64,000 bases of DNA from Eledone cirrhosa (taxonomy: Eukaryota). The translations under genes and the position numbers were made by a program. Positions within the stretch are counted from its first letter, which is position 1. Each line of letters begins with the position of its first letter. This document shows positions 1-14,309 of this stretch, piece by piece. Under the pieces are notes generated by a model. It was not told the DNA's origin. It did not search any database and saw only the letters and a program-made list of their open reading frames with translations. The stretch lies in contig OZ024742.1 of the NCBI GenBank assembly GCA_964016885.1, forward strand, positions 214,520,001-214,584,000, written 5' to 3'.

Positions 1-566
1 AGACATTAAGGACAGTACAGGACAATACAGGACGGTACAAATGGACATTTCTGCGTGTAAAAAAACAAAAACAGAGGATGTAATAAAAATAACAATGAAA
101 AATTCCACAATAGTGGGGAGATCGGAGGGACATGTGTGGAGAAAGCCCATTAAAAGGCCACAGTGACCCTGACCACCAGGGCAAGTGGCTTCTCCCAGTT
201 TTCCACCATACTCAGAGTAGCCCATTCACTCGAGCCATTCTTGCTTCTCTCACCCATCTTTCAACAAAATGCTGGGAAGAGAGCACTTCCCTCTCTACTC
301 TGGTTTTCCTTTTCAAATGAAAGTTGAAAAAGTCAATCAGGGCATCACCGAAGAGGTAAGTGCTCGGCTTCAGCCCTTTCAAACGTGTCCACCATACTAT
401 CACTTTCGCCATGGCCACCAGACAGATAAAAACTGCCTGCCCTTCCCGGCTAAGGGAAGAGAGCGGGGCAATTCTCACGATGGTCTCAGCTGATAGCCGG
501 ATCCGTCCTACACGCGACAGCAGGTGTTCGACATAAACCCACAAGTCAGCAATTCTCGGACACTGG

Positions 567-567
<1 letters not shown>
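1..567 (-). mobile_element. 5'-truncated 3' fragment of L1/Tx1-like LINE (same family as 11116-16437)
   Basis: 1-105 is near-identical to 11151-11256. The minus frame encodes an L1/Tx1-type ORF2 C-terminus (QCPRIADLW...AMAKVIVWWTR...FVERW). Abuts (TAA)n at 568. Confidence 0.85.

Positions 568-629
<62 letters not shown>
568..629. repeat. (TAA)n microsatellite
   Basis: Directly visible. Confidence 0.98.
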
Positions 630-1449
630 GGGAAGGGGAAGAAAACGCACATGGTGGATATATCGTTATGGAATCGCTCCCGTAAGTTTTTGATTTTTAC
701 TTATTTAAAACAACTGTGATAGAATTAATTTTATTACAAACGAAGTATAAGATTACAGTTTTTAACGTTCAGCAAACCACAACGCATCACATTACTGCAT
801 AGGGCCCCGATATTTAATATTTAATTTTGGATCAGAAATGTTATAGTCGAAAAAGAGAAAAATGGCAAAATGGCTAAGTGGACAGACTGGCAAATAATTT
901 CACCACCAACACCATCACCGCCACCATCACCACTACCACGCCCAAAACTGTAGTCAAGTTACCTCAACTTCTATTTCTACTTCAACTTCAACACCATCAC
1001 TACAGTACTACGATCACATCACCGCCACCACTGCCTTATTATCGCTACCGCCGCTATTCTCTCCCACTACCTACTACTAAGTACTACTAGCACATCATCA
1101 CAACCACCACCACCACTGCCTCATTATCACTACCGCCGCTATTCTCTCCCACTACCTCCTGCTAAGACAGGCATCGTAGTTTCCCCACTAAAAGAGGAAG
1201 GCATTAAAAGATATAAATAGACTGATTTGATGACCCGGTCAAAAAATCAAAAAAACAAAAATCAAAATCAAAACAGCACAGCAGCAACGAAAAACGCAAA
1301 GAAAAGAAAAAAAGAAAAGAAAAACAAACAGACAGACAGAGAAGGAAAAAAAAAAAAAAGTCAGACATTCAAACATTATATTACAATGAAACTTATACTT
1401 ATTCCTTATTGTTTTTTTTTTACCTATTTGTTTGTTTGTTTATTTATGT

Positions 1450-4400
1450 TCGTCTACAGCGTGATAGTGCCACGCTAAAATCACCGGCGGCGATGAAATC
1501 ACCGATGGTTATGTAACCATACATTCACCAATCCCGGATAAGAGTGTTTCAAAGTCAAACATAAACAGTTCGAATAACGGTGAAGTGGAGACTGGAATGT
1601 CATGTGACAGACTCTCACCCAGCAGGTGCTCCCTGGCTCAGCAGCAGGGACCTGGCTGTCAACCAAATACTGCTGGTTTCGGAGGAAGAAGGAAAGGGAC
1701 CAGAACCAACTGGACGAAAGAATTGAATAGAACTGTTATGCAATGTTACCTGAAGAGTTACTCCAAGGAGAAAGGCTATAGGAAACGGATGCATAACCTC
1801 TGGAACGAGATTGGTCTATTTTAGTTTAAATTAGATGAACAAAAATTGGCCGGGCAGGCTCGGGTAATAAGAACTAATGGGTGGATAAGCGAGCTGGAAC
1901 TGGAGGAACTGAGCAGAAAGATTAGGTTGGAAATGGAGAGTGGAGTATGCAAGGCAAACGAGCCAGTTGGAAATGAAGGTGAAGAGGTTGAGAGAACGGA
2001 GGAACCATCCGAAGCAGACAATGATCTGAATGCTGAAATAAATAATACCTGGAACACGGATACGGCCATTGAGGAGATGAATGCTGACGGGCTAGGACAC
2101 GATTTGGTTGATATCCTAAACTTAGTGGTAGATGAAATGAACAATGATAGTGGAAAACCTATAAACCTAAGATTTGTAGACAGGAAAAAGTTAAAAGAAA
2201 CAACAGCTAAGGTAAACAAAGTCATCACATACCTTGAGTCGAGGAGCCTTCACCAGTGCAACAATATCCTCAAAGCAACAGCAAATGTGGTGATGAAATT
2301 ACTTGGCATAAAAGAGAGAGGAAGAAACAAACAAGAAAGATCAGAACCTTGGTGGAAGAAACGACTGAATGGTCAAATCAGGGAAATGAGAAATGACATT
2401 GGAAAGCTTGTGTCCCTACTGAATGGGACACTAAAAAATATAGACACTAAAAATAGACTGGAAATAAAGTACAAAACTAGGAGGAAAAAGCTAAATATCA
2501 TCATAGTGGAACTGAAGCAACGCATCGTAGCAAAGAGTGCAAAAATTAGGCGATACGAGAGCAGAGTCAGTCAGTATAGACAGAACCGCATGTTTGACAA
2601 CAACCAGAACAACAAACTGATTTTAGTATCACAGTTGAAACTCTTAAGGGGCAGGCCAAAAAACTAACCAACTGGAAATCACCAGGCCCAGATGGTGTGC
2701 AGGGATATTAGATTAAAAATATAGCATCCCTCCACCCGAAACTGACAACCATGTTCAATGACTGTTTGATGTCAGGTGAGGTACCAGAGTGGTTGACAAA
2801 AGGTACCACAGTTCTGGTAATGAAAGACCGAACCAAGGGTAATGATGTTACCAACTATAGATCTATCACATGTCTGTCCGTAATGTGGAAACTGTTAACA
2901 AGAATTGTGTCTGTGGAAATCTACCATAACCTTCACATAAACAACTTGTTACCGGACGAACAGAAAGGATGCTGAAAGAAGTCCCGTGGTACAAAGGACC
3001 AGTTACTTATTGATAAGATGGAAATGAAGAATTTTCAGGAGGAGACACACTGATCTTGCCATGGGATAGATAGTCTACAAAAAGGCATTCGACAGGGTAC
3101 CTCATTCTTGGATAACCATAAGCCTAGAGATCTTCAAGGTGGCAGATAATATCAGACAGTTGTTAAGCAAAAGTATGAGGTCCTGGAGAACAGAGTTAAC
3201 ATCGGGCGGAGAATACTTGGGAGGCGTGAAGATCAAGAGGGGTATCTTCCAGGGAGATAGTTTGTCTCTTCTGTTGTTTGTACTTGCCCTGAGTCCCCTG
3301 ACCTTCATACTGCAAAAATTGAGAGCAGGATACAAGTTGGGAAAGGGAGGGCTTACCATCAATCACCCCCTCTTCACGGACGTGTGAGAAGGAGTTGGAT
3401 GTGCTTGTTGACACTTGCTTACCATCAATCACCACCTCTTCGGGAAGAATGAGAAGGAGGTGGATGTGCTTGTTGACACTGTCCGTATTTTCAACAATGA
3501 TATATGTATGCAATTTGGTATTAGTAAGTGTGGAGTCCTTATGATCAGAGGGGTAAATTGAGCAGAAGCAACGGAATCCAGGTACCAACAGGTGAGATGA
3601 TAAAGGAAATTGACACTGAATAAGAATACAAGCATTTGGGTATTCTGGAGGCTGATGACATCAAGAACAAAAAGATGAAGGAATTGATAAGAACTGAATA
3701 CATTCGGAGAGTAAGGAGCGTATTAAAGTCACATCTGAACAGTAGAAATGCCATAAGTGCAGTAAATTCCCGAGCTGTGTCTATTATTAGGTACAGTGCT
3801 GGAATTCTGAGATGGAATGTTGCTGAACAAAAAGAAATGGATAGGAAGACTAGGAAGCTATTGACTATCTACAACATGTTCCACAAGAGGAGTGATGTCG
3901 ATAGACTCTACTTAAGGAGATCTGAAGGTGGAAGAGGTCTTATCAGCATAGAGGACTGTGTTCAGATGGAGAAAAACAGCCTACACAAATTCGTGACTGA
4001 TAGTAAGGAGCCAATGCTCAGAATTGTACTGAAGGAGAGGACAATAGACCAGGGGCTGTCCAAGGAGGAAATAACAACAAGGAGAAAGAGCAGCCTTCAT
4101 GAAAAATACCTTCATAGTACCTTCTTTGAGAAAACTGAATTCAGAGATCCACAGACAAGGAACTGGTTGAAAAGAGGAGACCTTAAAAAGGCTACAGAAG
4201 GAATACTAATGGCTGCGCAAGGGCAGGCCCTCAAAACGAAATGGTTGAGACACCATATTTACAAGGAGGAGGCTAGCCCATTGTGCAGGATCTGTGGAGA
4301 GAGAGAGGAGACTGTGGCTCACATTGTATCCGAGTGTAAACACCTAGCCCAGACTCACTATAGGCTGGAGACATGATATGATGGGCAGGGTGATCCACTG

Positions 4401-4934
4401 GCACCTATGCAAAGTAAACAATTTACCACATTCTGAGAAGTTGTATGAGAATAAGCCAGAGTCGGTGATAGAAAACGATCAGGTGAAGGTGCTGTGGGAT
4501 TTTAGGATACAGCCGGACAAGAAACTGGAACACAATAGACCTGACAAGGTAGTTTTGGACAAGGAAAAAAGATCGTGCCTGATTGTGGATGTGGCTTGCC
4601 TATTCGACACGAGAGTGCAAGAGAAGGAGAGGGAGAAAATTAACCGATACCAGGACTTAAAGTGGGGGGTAAAAAGGATTTGGAACTGCCATGAAGTCAA
4701 AGTGGTCCCGATTGTCATAGGCGCACTAGGTACTATCTCAAAAAGTTTCCAGAGATGGTTAAACAAAATTGGCCCCGCCCCGCTTTTTGGAACGCTTCAA
4801 AAGGCATGCTTGCTGGGAACAGCAAGAACCCTCCGATACGTCCTGAATATCTGAGGCTGCAGGTAGTGGCTTGATATTCATTTCAACAAACTTTCCAGTT
4901 AACTAACATCAATGCCTGAGACTCAAAGAACACT
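1450..4934 (+). mobile_element. Decayed R4/Dong-clade non-LTR retrotransposon (RT + CCHC + restriction-like endonuclease), family A
   Basis: Broken ORF in correct order: N-terminal WTKELNRTVMQCY...GYRKRMHNLW, RT (NYRSITCL, KAFD, GIFQGDSLS), CRICGEREETVAHIVSEC, LWDFRIQ...HNRPD...IVDVAC...EKINRYQDL...VVPIVIGALG. Ends in (TAA)n at 4935. 5' boundary is approximate; there are stops, frameshifts and an internal deletion near 2610-2660. Confidence 0.9.
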
Positions 4935-4957
4935 AATAATAATAATAATAATGATAA

Positions 4958-5125
4958 TGCCATTCGACGCGAGAGTGCAAGAGAAGGAGAGGGAGAATAT
5001 CAACCGATACCAGGACTTAAAGTGGGATGTAAAGAGGATTTGGAACTGGCATGAAGTCAAAGTGGTCCCGATTGTCATAGGCGCACTAGGTACTATCTCA
5101 AAGAGTTTCCAAGGATGGTTAAAGA
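4958..5125 (+). mobile_element. Short RLE-domain fragment of R4/Dong family A
   Basis: Near-copy of about 4598-4765 starting directly after the (TAA)n tail. Confidence 0.85.
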
Positions 5126-5985
5126 AACATAATGGACGAATACCAAAGAAGCCAACAAAAAATAAATTTTGTACACGGATCGTCCTTATAACATAATTTT
5201 CTTCATTAAAATAACGGCCCACATGTGTAAATAAGGAAACTGAATATCAGCCGCACCACTACTCAGAATTTAAAATCAAAACAAAAAGAAAAAGGATATA
5301 TGTAAGTAACAAACTCTACTGATTATATTACACATACATGTATTATAAACACAACGAAAAATATACACAAAACAAACACGCATGATATACATGCGTTCGC
5401 TCTTTGAACTTAAAGAAAAAACTATTTGAAGAAGAGAAACAGTCGTAGATCGGACCACACACGCGCTTATTTCGAACAGAAAGTTTTATTTAATTTGGTA
5501 TTCCTTAACACGAAAATTCGACAAATTATTTCACCGCTTATCTCTACAAATAATCTGACACTAGTTGTGAGAACTGTATAAATATTTTTATATATTTACT
5601 CATTACAATCGCTGTTTACATATTATCATTTGAAGAAAAGAAACAGACATAGATCGGAAAAAACACTGTTTATTTCGGGGGGTAAGTTCATTTTAATCAA
5701 AAACCGACTAATTATTATGCAATCATCTCTGTGGCTGAAGATGTGAAAGGTGCATATATATTTTTAAATATTTCCCCAATACAATTTTCTTGTTTTTACA
5801 TTTTGGTTGATTGTGGCTAAATTTCAGAATTTGAAAGGAAAATGGACAGTTGAAAGATCACTTCTCTCTCCCACCACAACATTCACAACCACTTCCTCAC
5901 ACATTCACACCAGTAAATCACCAATTTATATTTAGAGTACTGTCACTGACTGCTACCTAACTCCCTTCTCAAATGCTAATGTTTG

Positions 5986-6038
<53 letters not shown>

Positions 6039-6413
6039 ATATACATACGTGTGTATAAGTATGCACGTGTGAATGTATATTTATGTATGTGTATGGAGCC
6101 CACATAGAGGACAAAACAAAGGGGAATAAAAAAAAAAAGGATACTAGCACCCTATTTACACCTCAAACTCAAAATAGACAGAAATTAAAATCGGAGAATC
6201 AACTCCTATAAGCTATAATGTCACCCTACCCACTACCACTCACATCACCCCCACCCCCACCATTAATCTCCCTGCCACCACCATCAACACCACTCACACC
6301 ACAAGAACAGTTGAGAATATTCTCGTACACCTCTTACAGCTGCAACCATAACAATATGACCTCAATCAACAACAGCAATAACCATAACTATACTGTTATA
6401 ATAGTAATAATAA

Positions 6414-9400
6414 GCTCAGTGCCAGCCAGCAAATGCACTACCCAAAGAGCCGGGCAACTTTCCATGTATGTCCAATACCAAAGCGTAACGCAAGCATGTA
6501 CTGCGAGATTATCAAATAACAATTAATACACAATACGAAATCGCTTTTTTCTATGGTTAATCAGGAAGCGCGTCCCTCACGAAGGTGCCAACCTGAGATA
6601 GAAAAGTCCTCCTATGGCACAAACTCTTCTCCAATTATAGACCTGGATGGTCACTTGATCGGGGATGGCCCCAACTCGAGCCCTCCAGATCTACCATACA
6701 AACCACCTCAAAAAGAAAAACCTAAAAGGATGAAATGGACCTGAAAAGAGTATAAAGAAGTAATATATGCATATTACTATGCATTAGGTAAGCCACCACA
6801 AGACAGACACTTTAAACTCCTACAAAATCTGGAAATAATAGACTCACAAACACTGAACTAACTGTGATCAAGCAGGCTGTGGAGAATGACATAAATATAA
6901 ATGATGAAAGAACTGAAGAATCTCCTGGAGATAGTAACCAGTCACAAGTCTTTACTGAAAGACCTCCATCTGACCAAATCACAAATAGGTTTGTAGAAAT
7001 GAGAAGCCCTATTGAACCCACTGAAAATAGCCAGGAGAGGGACTTAGAAACAATAATTGAAAACCAAACATCTGCTGAAGAACACAGGGAGACTATGAAG
7101 GAATTAAAGCAAAAAATACTGAATGAGCTTGCAGTAGTAAGACATTCTAGTATAGATGATAGAGAACCACTTTAAAAACTCCCAAATACAATCCAAAATA
7201 TAAAACAAATAATGATTGGTAATCCTGTGAAAGAAAAAGAAATCATAGAAGATCTAGAACCTGATCTTACTGAATTAAATGAAATCACTTATGCATCTGC
7301 TAGAGTATTTGAAACGAGTTGTTTACCACACAGAAAAAAAAAAGTCGAACCTTCGAGGTAAACCAATTTGGAGGAGTAGAATCGAAAAGGAGATTGACGT
7401 AATGAGAGGAGAAATATCTTTATTGAGTGAGTTAACTGCTGGAAAGGATATAAGATCCAAGATGGTAAGAAAGCTAAAGAGAAAATATGGACTGTCCTCC
7501 AGAGAAGCAATAGTTTCAACAAAAGAATCTCTGAAACAAAAAGTCCAAGTAAAAGCCCAACGAATTCATAGATTCGAGAAGCGAAACAACTTCTACAGGC
7601 AAAATAAGTTGTTCTGATCCAATTCCAAGTCATTTTATAGAGAAGTAGGGAAGAAAAAAATAATTATTGAAGACGTATAGAAGAAGTTGAAAACTTCTGG
7701 AGTAAGATTTGGAGTGATGAGAAGACATATAATGCTAATGGAGATTGGATTAGTCACCTGGAGAAATCCTACACAAATTTAGAAGTACAGGCGTGGGAAG
7801 ACATCTCTATAGCGAACTTAAGGACAGCACTCAATGAATCTCATAAATGGAAATCTCCTGGTAGAGACAGGGTGCCACATTTCTGGCTTTCCTCACTCCC
7901 GTGCACTCACAATCTATTGGTCAAGCTGTTTAATGGAATTATGAAAGATCAAAAAAATACACCTGATTGGATAGCAAGTGGTATTACCTACCTTCTACCA
8001 AAGAACAACGAAACCAAAGATCTAAAAAACTATCTGCCCATAGCCTGCTTGTCCAGCACTTATAAACTATTAACCTCTATTCTTATGGAAAAAGCATACG
8101 TGTTTTTGGAAGAGAACAATCTTTTCCCCATTGAATAAAAAGGGTGCCGACGAGGTTCATAATGGTTGCAAAGTTCAACTTTTGATTAATCGTATGATCC
8201 TTGAGAACTGTCATAATAAACACAGAAACCTCAGTTCTGCATGGATCGATTATAAAAAAGCCTTTGACAGCATACCACACTCATGGATTCTGAAATCACT
8301 GGACATCTTCAAAATCTCACCTATGATCTCAAACGTCCTGAAACACAATATGTCATTATGGAACACAAATCTCCAATTGTCTCATTCCACTGGGGTACTG
8401 TGCTCTAGGAATATAAACATCAACTGTGATATATTCCAGGGTGATTCACTTTCACCCTTGTTTTTCTGTTTAGCTTTAATACCCCTTACACCCGAACTTA
8501 ATAGAACAGGGTACGGTTATAGAATTGATATAAAAAAAATAAGCCATCTATTTTATATGGATGATTTGAAGCTTTATTGCAAAGATAATGACGAACTGGA
8601 AGGCCTTTTGCGGACAGTAAAAACGTTTAGCGATGACATCAGGATAGAGTTTAGAATTGACAAGAAGGGGAAGCTTATCAACTGAGACTCAGTTGAATTG
8701 GATGCTGAAACAATCATAAAGGAACTTGAGAACGAACAAACCTATAAATACTTAGGGATTAATGAGGACTCTGGCATACAGCATGCAAGTATGAAAGAGA
8801 GGATAAGGAAAGAATGTTACAGGAGAGTACGTGCAGTTCTGACATCAGAATTAAACGCTCGTAACAAGGTGCTAGCCATTTAATTCCTTGGCAGTCCCAG
8901 TTGTCACTTATAGCTTCGGTGTGTTGAACTGGAATATGAGTGAAATCGAAACAATCGACACCAAAGTCCGTAAGCTACTGACCTGCACTAGGATGCACCA
9001 CCCAAAAGCAGATGTGGATCGTCTGTACCTTTCTAGAACTCAAGGAGGCCGTGGCCTGATCCAATTTCAACTTGCTTACAAGGCCACAATCATTGGACTG
9101 GCCAAATACCTTGAAACAACTAACGACTGTATGCTGAAACTTGTTGAAAAGCATGAGAGAAGTAAGAAGCTTCATTCTATCTTGAAGGAGAGCAAAACAT
9201 ATGCTACTGATCTCATGTTGGACAGACTAAAGAAACTGTTGCAACTGATGCTGCTAGGCACATAAAATCACTGGCAAAAGCAAAAGTGTAAGGACAATTA
9301 GCATCACCTCTGCCTGACAAATATGTGGCCCGTAGCAAACAAGCTGATGTTGAGCAAAAGCACACCCATCAGTGGCTACGTAGTTCAGGGCTAAAGGCGG

Positions 9401-10308
9401 AGAGTGAAGGCTTCATCTTAGCTGCTCAAGATTAAAGCTTATTGACTCGTAATTACCAGGCCAATGTGATAAGAAACGGAATAAACCCAAAGTGCCTATT
9501 CTGCAATTCTGAGGTTGAAACAGTGGATCACTTAGTCTCTGGATTTAAAGTTTTAGTACCAGTAGTATACAAATATAGACATGACAGAGTTGGCCAATAT
9601 CTACATTGGGTAATATGTCGGCATTACAAAATCAAAGCTGAGGACAAGTGGTACAATCATCACCCTGAGGCTGTAACTGACGGAGACAAAGTAACAATTC
9701 ACTTGGACTTTCCTGTACATACTGACAGGACTATAAAAGCAAATAGACCTGACATCATTGTAAAAGATCAACATAACAAGGTCTGTTTATTGATAGATAT
9801 AAGTATCCCATGTGATCACAATATCGCGGCAATTGAATTTGACAAGCTACGAAAATATAAAGATCTGCTTATTAAAATTGAGAAAAGAATGTGGCACCTC
9901 AAGGCCATTTCAATACCAATGATTGTGGGAGGACTGGGAATGATCAAGAAAGGAACAGAACAATATTTGCGAATGATTCCTGGTTCACCCTCTCTGCACG
10001 AGGTGCAAAAAATTGTTTTGACTGGTACTTCACACGTATTAAGAAGAGCACTATCTCTGTAAGGTTGATACCCCTCCTTGTATTTACAAATGCATGTGCA
10101 CATACTCTTTTACCCTTTTACCTGTTTCAGCCATCTGGCTGAGGCCATGCTGGGGCACCACCCTTGCACATGTGTATATATTTATATTTATTTTTTAAAA
10201 TTATAATCAATGTGCTGTATTAACTGGCTTACCAATACACACTGTGGTCTAGGTGTCATGAAGACATTCGGCATAAATCTCAGAAAATAAAAATGAAATA
10301 AAATAAAA
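6414..10308 (+). mobile_element. Decayed R4/Dong-clade non-LTR retrotransposon, family B
   Basis: RT motifs WIDYKKAFDSIPH, IFQGDSLSP and HLFYMDDLKLY; CLFCNSEVETVDHLVS; ANRPDIIV...LLIDISIP. Bounded by TAA-rich tracts at about 6398-6413 and 10309-10327. Confidence 0.9.
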
Positions 10309-10327
10309 ATGATAATAATAATAATAA

Positions 10328-11070
10328 AGAGGAGACTTTAAAAAAGCTACAGAAGGAATGCGAATGGCTGCACAAAAGCAAGCCCTCAGAACGAAGTAAG
10401 TGAAACACCATATTGACAAGGGGGAGGCTAGCTCACTGTGTAGGATCTGTGGAGAGAGAGAGGAGACTGTGGCTCACATTGTATCCGAGTGTATGCAGCT
10501 AGCCCAGACTCACTATAAAGGCTGGAGCCATGATAAGATAGGCAGGGTGATCCACTGGCACCTATGCAAACTAAACAATTTACCACATTCTGAGAAGTGG
10601 TATGAGCATAAGCCAGAGTCGGTGATAGAAAACAATCAGGTGAAGTTCCAATGGGATTTTAGGATACAGACGGACAATAAATTAGAACACAATATACCGG
10701 ACCTGGTGGTTTTGGACAAGGAATAAAAAACGTGCCTGATTGTAGATGTAGCCTGCCTATTTGACACGAGAGTGCAAGAAAGGGAGAGGGAGACAATTTA
10801 GTCGATACGACGATTTAAGTGGGAGGTAAAAAGGATTTGGAACTGCCATGAAATCAAGGTCGCACGATTGTCATAGGCACACTATATCCCAAGGATAGTT
10901 AAAGAAAATTAGTCCTGCTCCGCGTTTTGGAACACGTCAAAGGCATGCTTGCTGGGAACAGCAAGAACCCTCCGATACGTCCTGAATATCTGAGGCTGCA
11001 GGTAGCGGCTTGATATTCATTTCAACAAACATTCCAGTTAAATAACGTCAATGACTGAGACTCAAAGAAC
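10328..11070 (+). mobile_element. 5'-truncated copy of R4/Dong family A (zinc knuckle, RLE, 3' UTR)
   Basis: Aligns with about 4172-4932, has the same 3' end (ctgagactcaaagaac), and has (AAT)n on both sides. Confidence 0.9.
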
Positions 11071-11117
<47 letters not shown>

Positions 11118-11256
11118 TTTCTTTATTAACCACACGGGTTTACATAAAGTAGACATTAAGGACAGTGCAGGACAATACAGGACAGTACAAATGGGCATTT
11201 CTGCGTGTAAAAAACAAAAACAGAGGATGTAACAAAAAAATAACAATGAAAAATTC

Positions 11257-14200
11257 GGACACTGGACGAGTGCATGCAGGACTGTTTCGTCGCCCTGCGC
11301 GCATCTCGGACATGCCCGGCTAACGGCACCTCCATGCCTGTAGAGTTTATCCCGAACTGGCAAGGCTCCTCGGTAGCACTGCCAGGCCAGAGATTTCTGG
11401 AAGTTGTCCATAGGCCCCGGTCCGAAAGTTCTTCCGAAGAGATTGGCTAGTTGATTTTCGTCGACGCCTAGAGTTTCCCCAAGTACGTCGTCGCTCTTCC
11501 CTTCCACTAATCCTCTATAGAACGCCGAGGTGGAGATTCCAACGATCACATTGCCCGATTTGTCGAAGGCTGTGAGCGCCTGAAGACATTCCAGTCTCCA
11601 GGCGCTCCCTCTCGGTCTTCGCTTGACCCAGGACTGCAGCTCCGTCAAGGAAACGAGCTGTGGAAATACGTGTCTAGCAAACGGCGACCACACCTGATCA
11701 CTGTTGAGGAAGAGGTGGAGATGTCGTAGCCTGAGCGCGTGCCTGCGCATCATCAGCCACGGCATGCCCAGCCCTCCACGTAGCGGCTGTTGACAACAGA
11801 TGGATCGCCTGACCATCGGAGCGCGTCCCTTCCACAAAAAGCGAAAGAGCAAACACTCCAGCGCCGTCAGGCGAAGCTTAGGACAAGGTACGACGGCCAG
11901 GCGGTAGCAGATGACAGACGCGATGTACGCGTTAGCCACCTCCGCTAGACCTTTCAGAGATAGCTTCCTCTCCGTCCATTTCTGGGTGAGAGAAGCCACC
12001 CTGCTCGTCACCTCGTCCCAGTTTTTGTCCGTCTGTAGATCCGGACAGAACCAGACCCCTAACAATTTAGGGGGTCCGACGACGCTATTGGACGGCATGG
12101 ACCTGCCTCTCCAGGTGCCGAGCTGCAGGCCCACTGACTTTTCCTGGTTGATCATTGCTCCTGTGACCGCTTCGTATTCTCTTAGTGTAGTGCCGATCGC
12201 CTCGATGTGTTTGGCGTTCGAAACCACTACGGTGACATCGTCCGCATATGCTGACACGGATCTTCCGCATCCTAGTTCACACGGGACGCCCCTCAACGTC
12301 CCCAGTTTGTGCAGTAATGGCTCGAGAGTTAATACGTACAAGAGGGACGAGAGGGGACTTCCTTGGCGGACCGAGCGCATGATGTTGAACGGTTCCGAAA
12401 GGTGACCGTTCACTCTCACCACAGAGCAGATGTCGCTGTGCATGGTAGCGATCCAGCCTCTGAAGACGGGCTCAAAGCCAGCCGCCCTCAGGTCTGCCGC
12501 TAGGTAACGATGGTCGACCCTATCGAAAGCTTTCGACTGATCTAAGTTGATCAAAGACCCACCCGTGCCAGGTTCCCTAGCTACCCTCTCTACGATGTAT
12601 CGCATGAGGTGGAGGTTGTCGTGGATGGATCTGTCGGGAATGGCACATGTCTGCGCCTCTCCCACCAGACCACCATCGACAAGCGCCAACCTCTTTGCTA
12701 GCACCTTGGCCAAAATCTTGAACTCTGTGTTTAGCAGAGTTATGGGCCTGAAATTATCTATGTTATCCCCCTTGTTCGGATCCTTTCTCAGCAGCGCCAC
12801 CGCTCCTCGGCTCACAGAGCTGGGAATTCTCCCGTTCTGTTGCCAGTTGTAGTAGACGTCCGCCAAGATGCCTCCGAACAGGTGTGGCATCTGTACGTAA
12901 AGTTCATAGGGCAGAACATCCAAACCGGGCGATTTACCCCTTGTGCAGCCAGTCATTGCCTCCCGTACTTCAGCGGCTGTTATCGGCTTTTCGCAACACT
13001 CCGCCTCAGTGGCCAAGAGCCGCGGCAGTCCGTCGAGGTAGACACTAAAGTCCATCCCTCGATCCGGCCCGCCGCTGCCCCCGAACAGCTGAGCGAAGTG
13101 TCCCTAGGAAAGCTTCACACGTTTTCCCGGGATCGAGTAGCATGCGCCCGTCGTGGTCCATCAAAGACCGGATCGTGGCTTTGTTGCCACGACGCGCCTC
13201 CGCGTTGAACGGCTTTCGTTCCCTCGTGTATGAGAGCACGCACCCTAGCTCTGACAACGCAGCCTTCGTGCTTTGCATTGAAGAATTGGTCAAGGGCCAA
13301 TTTCGCCGCAAGTACGTCGGTCGCGACGCCTTTGCTAAGCGCCTCGTCTAATTTTCTAACTAATTCTCCCTCTGCTCTATTTTTCTCTATTGCTAAAGCC
13401 TTACTAAACCTAATGGACTCTATTCCAATTGCTCTTTTCAGAGCAAACCACCACTTGTTTTTGACGATGGCCCCCGTCAACGCCCGCTTAACTAGTTCGC
13501 TAATCCGGTCTCTGTAGGCCTTGCGCGCTGGTAAGGACGCGTTTAGCTTCCAGTAGCCGGGTCCTCGTCTATGAAGCCTATCTAAATCAAGGACACAGAT
13601 CACGAATTTGTGGTCCGTGTAGCTGACTATCTTGAATTGTGGACAGTGCTAGACCTATCTATTTCCCTACAAAATACTCTATCTAGATATGATCTGGATG
13701 ACCCTATGCGATTTGTTCAAGTCCACATTGGTACATTCGGGAAATCCATTCGGTACTTGTCAGACAGTTCAAAACGCCTGAGCAGGTTGGTGAGACTCTT
13801 GCACCCTCCTTCCCTATCCACTAATTCCACACAATCCCAGCGTGCATCTAAGATCCCGTTCCATTCACCCACTAACACTAAAGAGCGGGACGCTCCAAGA
13901 AAGGTCTCCAGACGCCGGAAGAAATCAGGCCGCCCTGCCCCTGTCGAGGCATAGACGGCCACTAGCCTGAAAGCTTGCCCGTCTCCGCTGGTTACGTCCA
14001 GCACCACCAACTTACCTTCTGGTTCCAGGAAGATGGCCCGTATGGCGAGATCCAAACCTCTCCAAAAAGGCACAGCAACTCCTTCCCCCGATCCCGGACG
14101 GCTGGGAGATGCGTACACATCGTAGCAGCCGAAGAAGGCCCGTGCTTCGGAGATTCTGGTCTCGCTGATGGCCACTATATCTATGTTTAGTGACCTGAGG

Positions 14201-14275
14201 TCGTTGAGCAGGCGGCCCTGCTTCCATGACGACCCCAAGCCATGCGCATTTATGCTACCTTCTGAGTGAGGTCAT
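11257..14275 (-). pseudogene. Tx1/L1 ORF2 (APE endonuclease + reverse transcriptase), frameshifted
   Basis: DIVAISET, RLVAVYA, LVLVGEWN, GPGYWKLN, NFRPITLLNTEFKILAKVLAKRL, LDQSKAFDRVDH, SVRQGSPLS, AYADDVT, CPRC...ETVLHALVQC. Confidence 0.9.
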
Positions 14276-14309
14276 GTTGAAATGGAGTGGAAAAGATTGG
14301 AAAGACCAC

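Noticed and set aside
878-1170. 83-aa and 70-aa ORFs and ACC/ACT-rich duplication
   Set aside because: Low-complexity sequence with no coding evidence.
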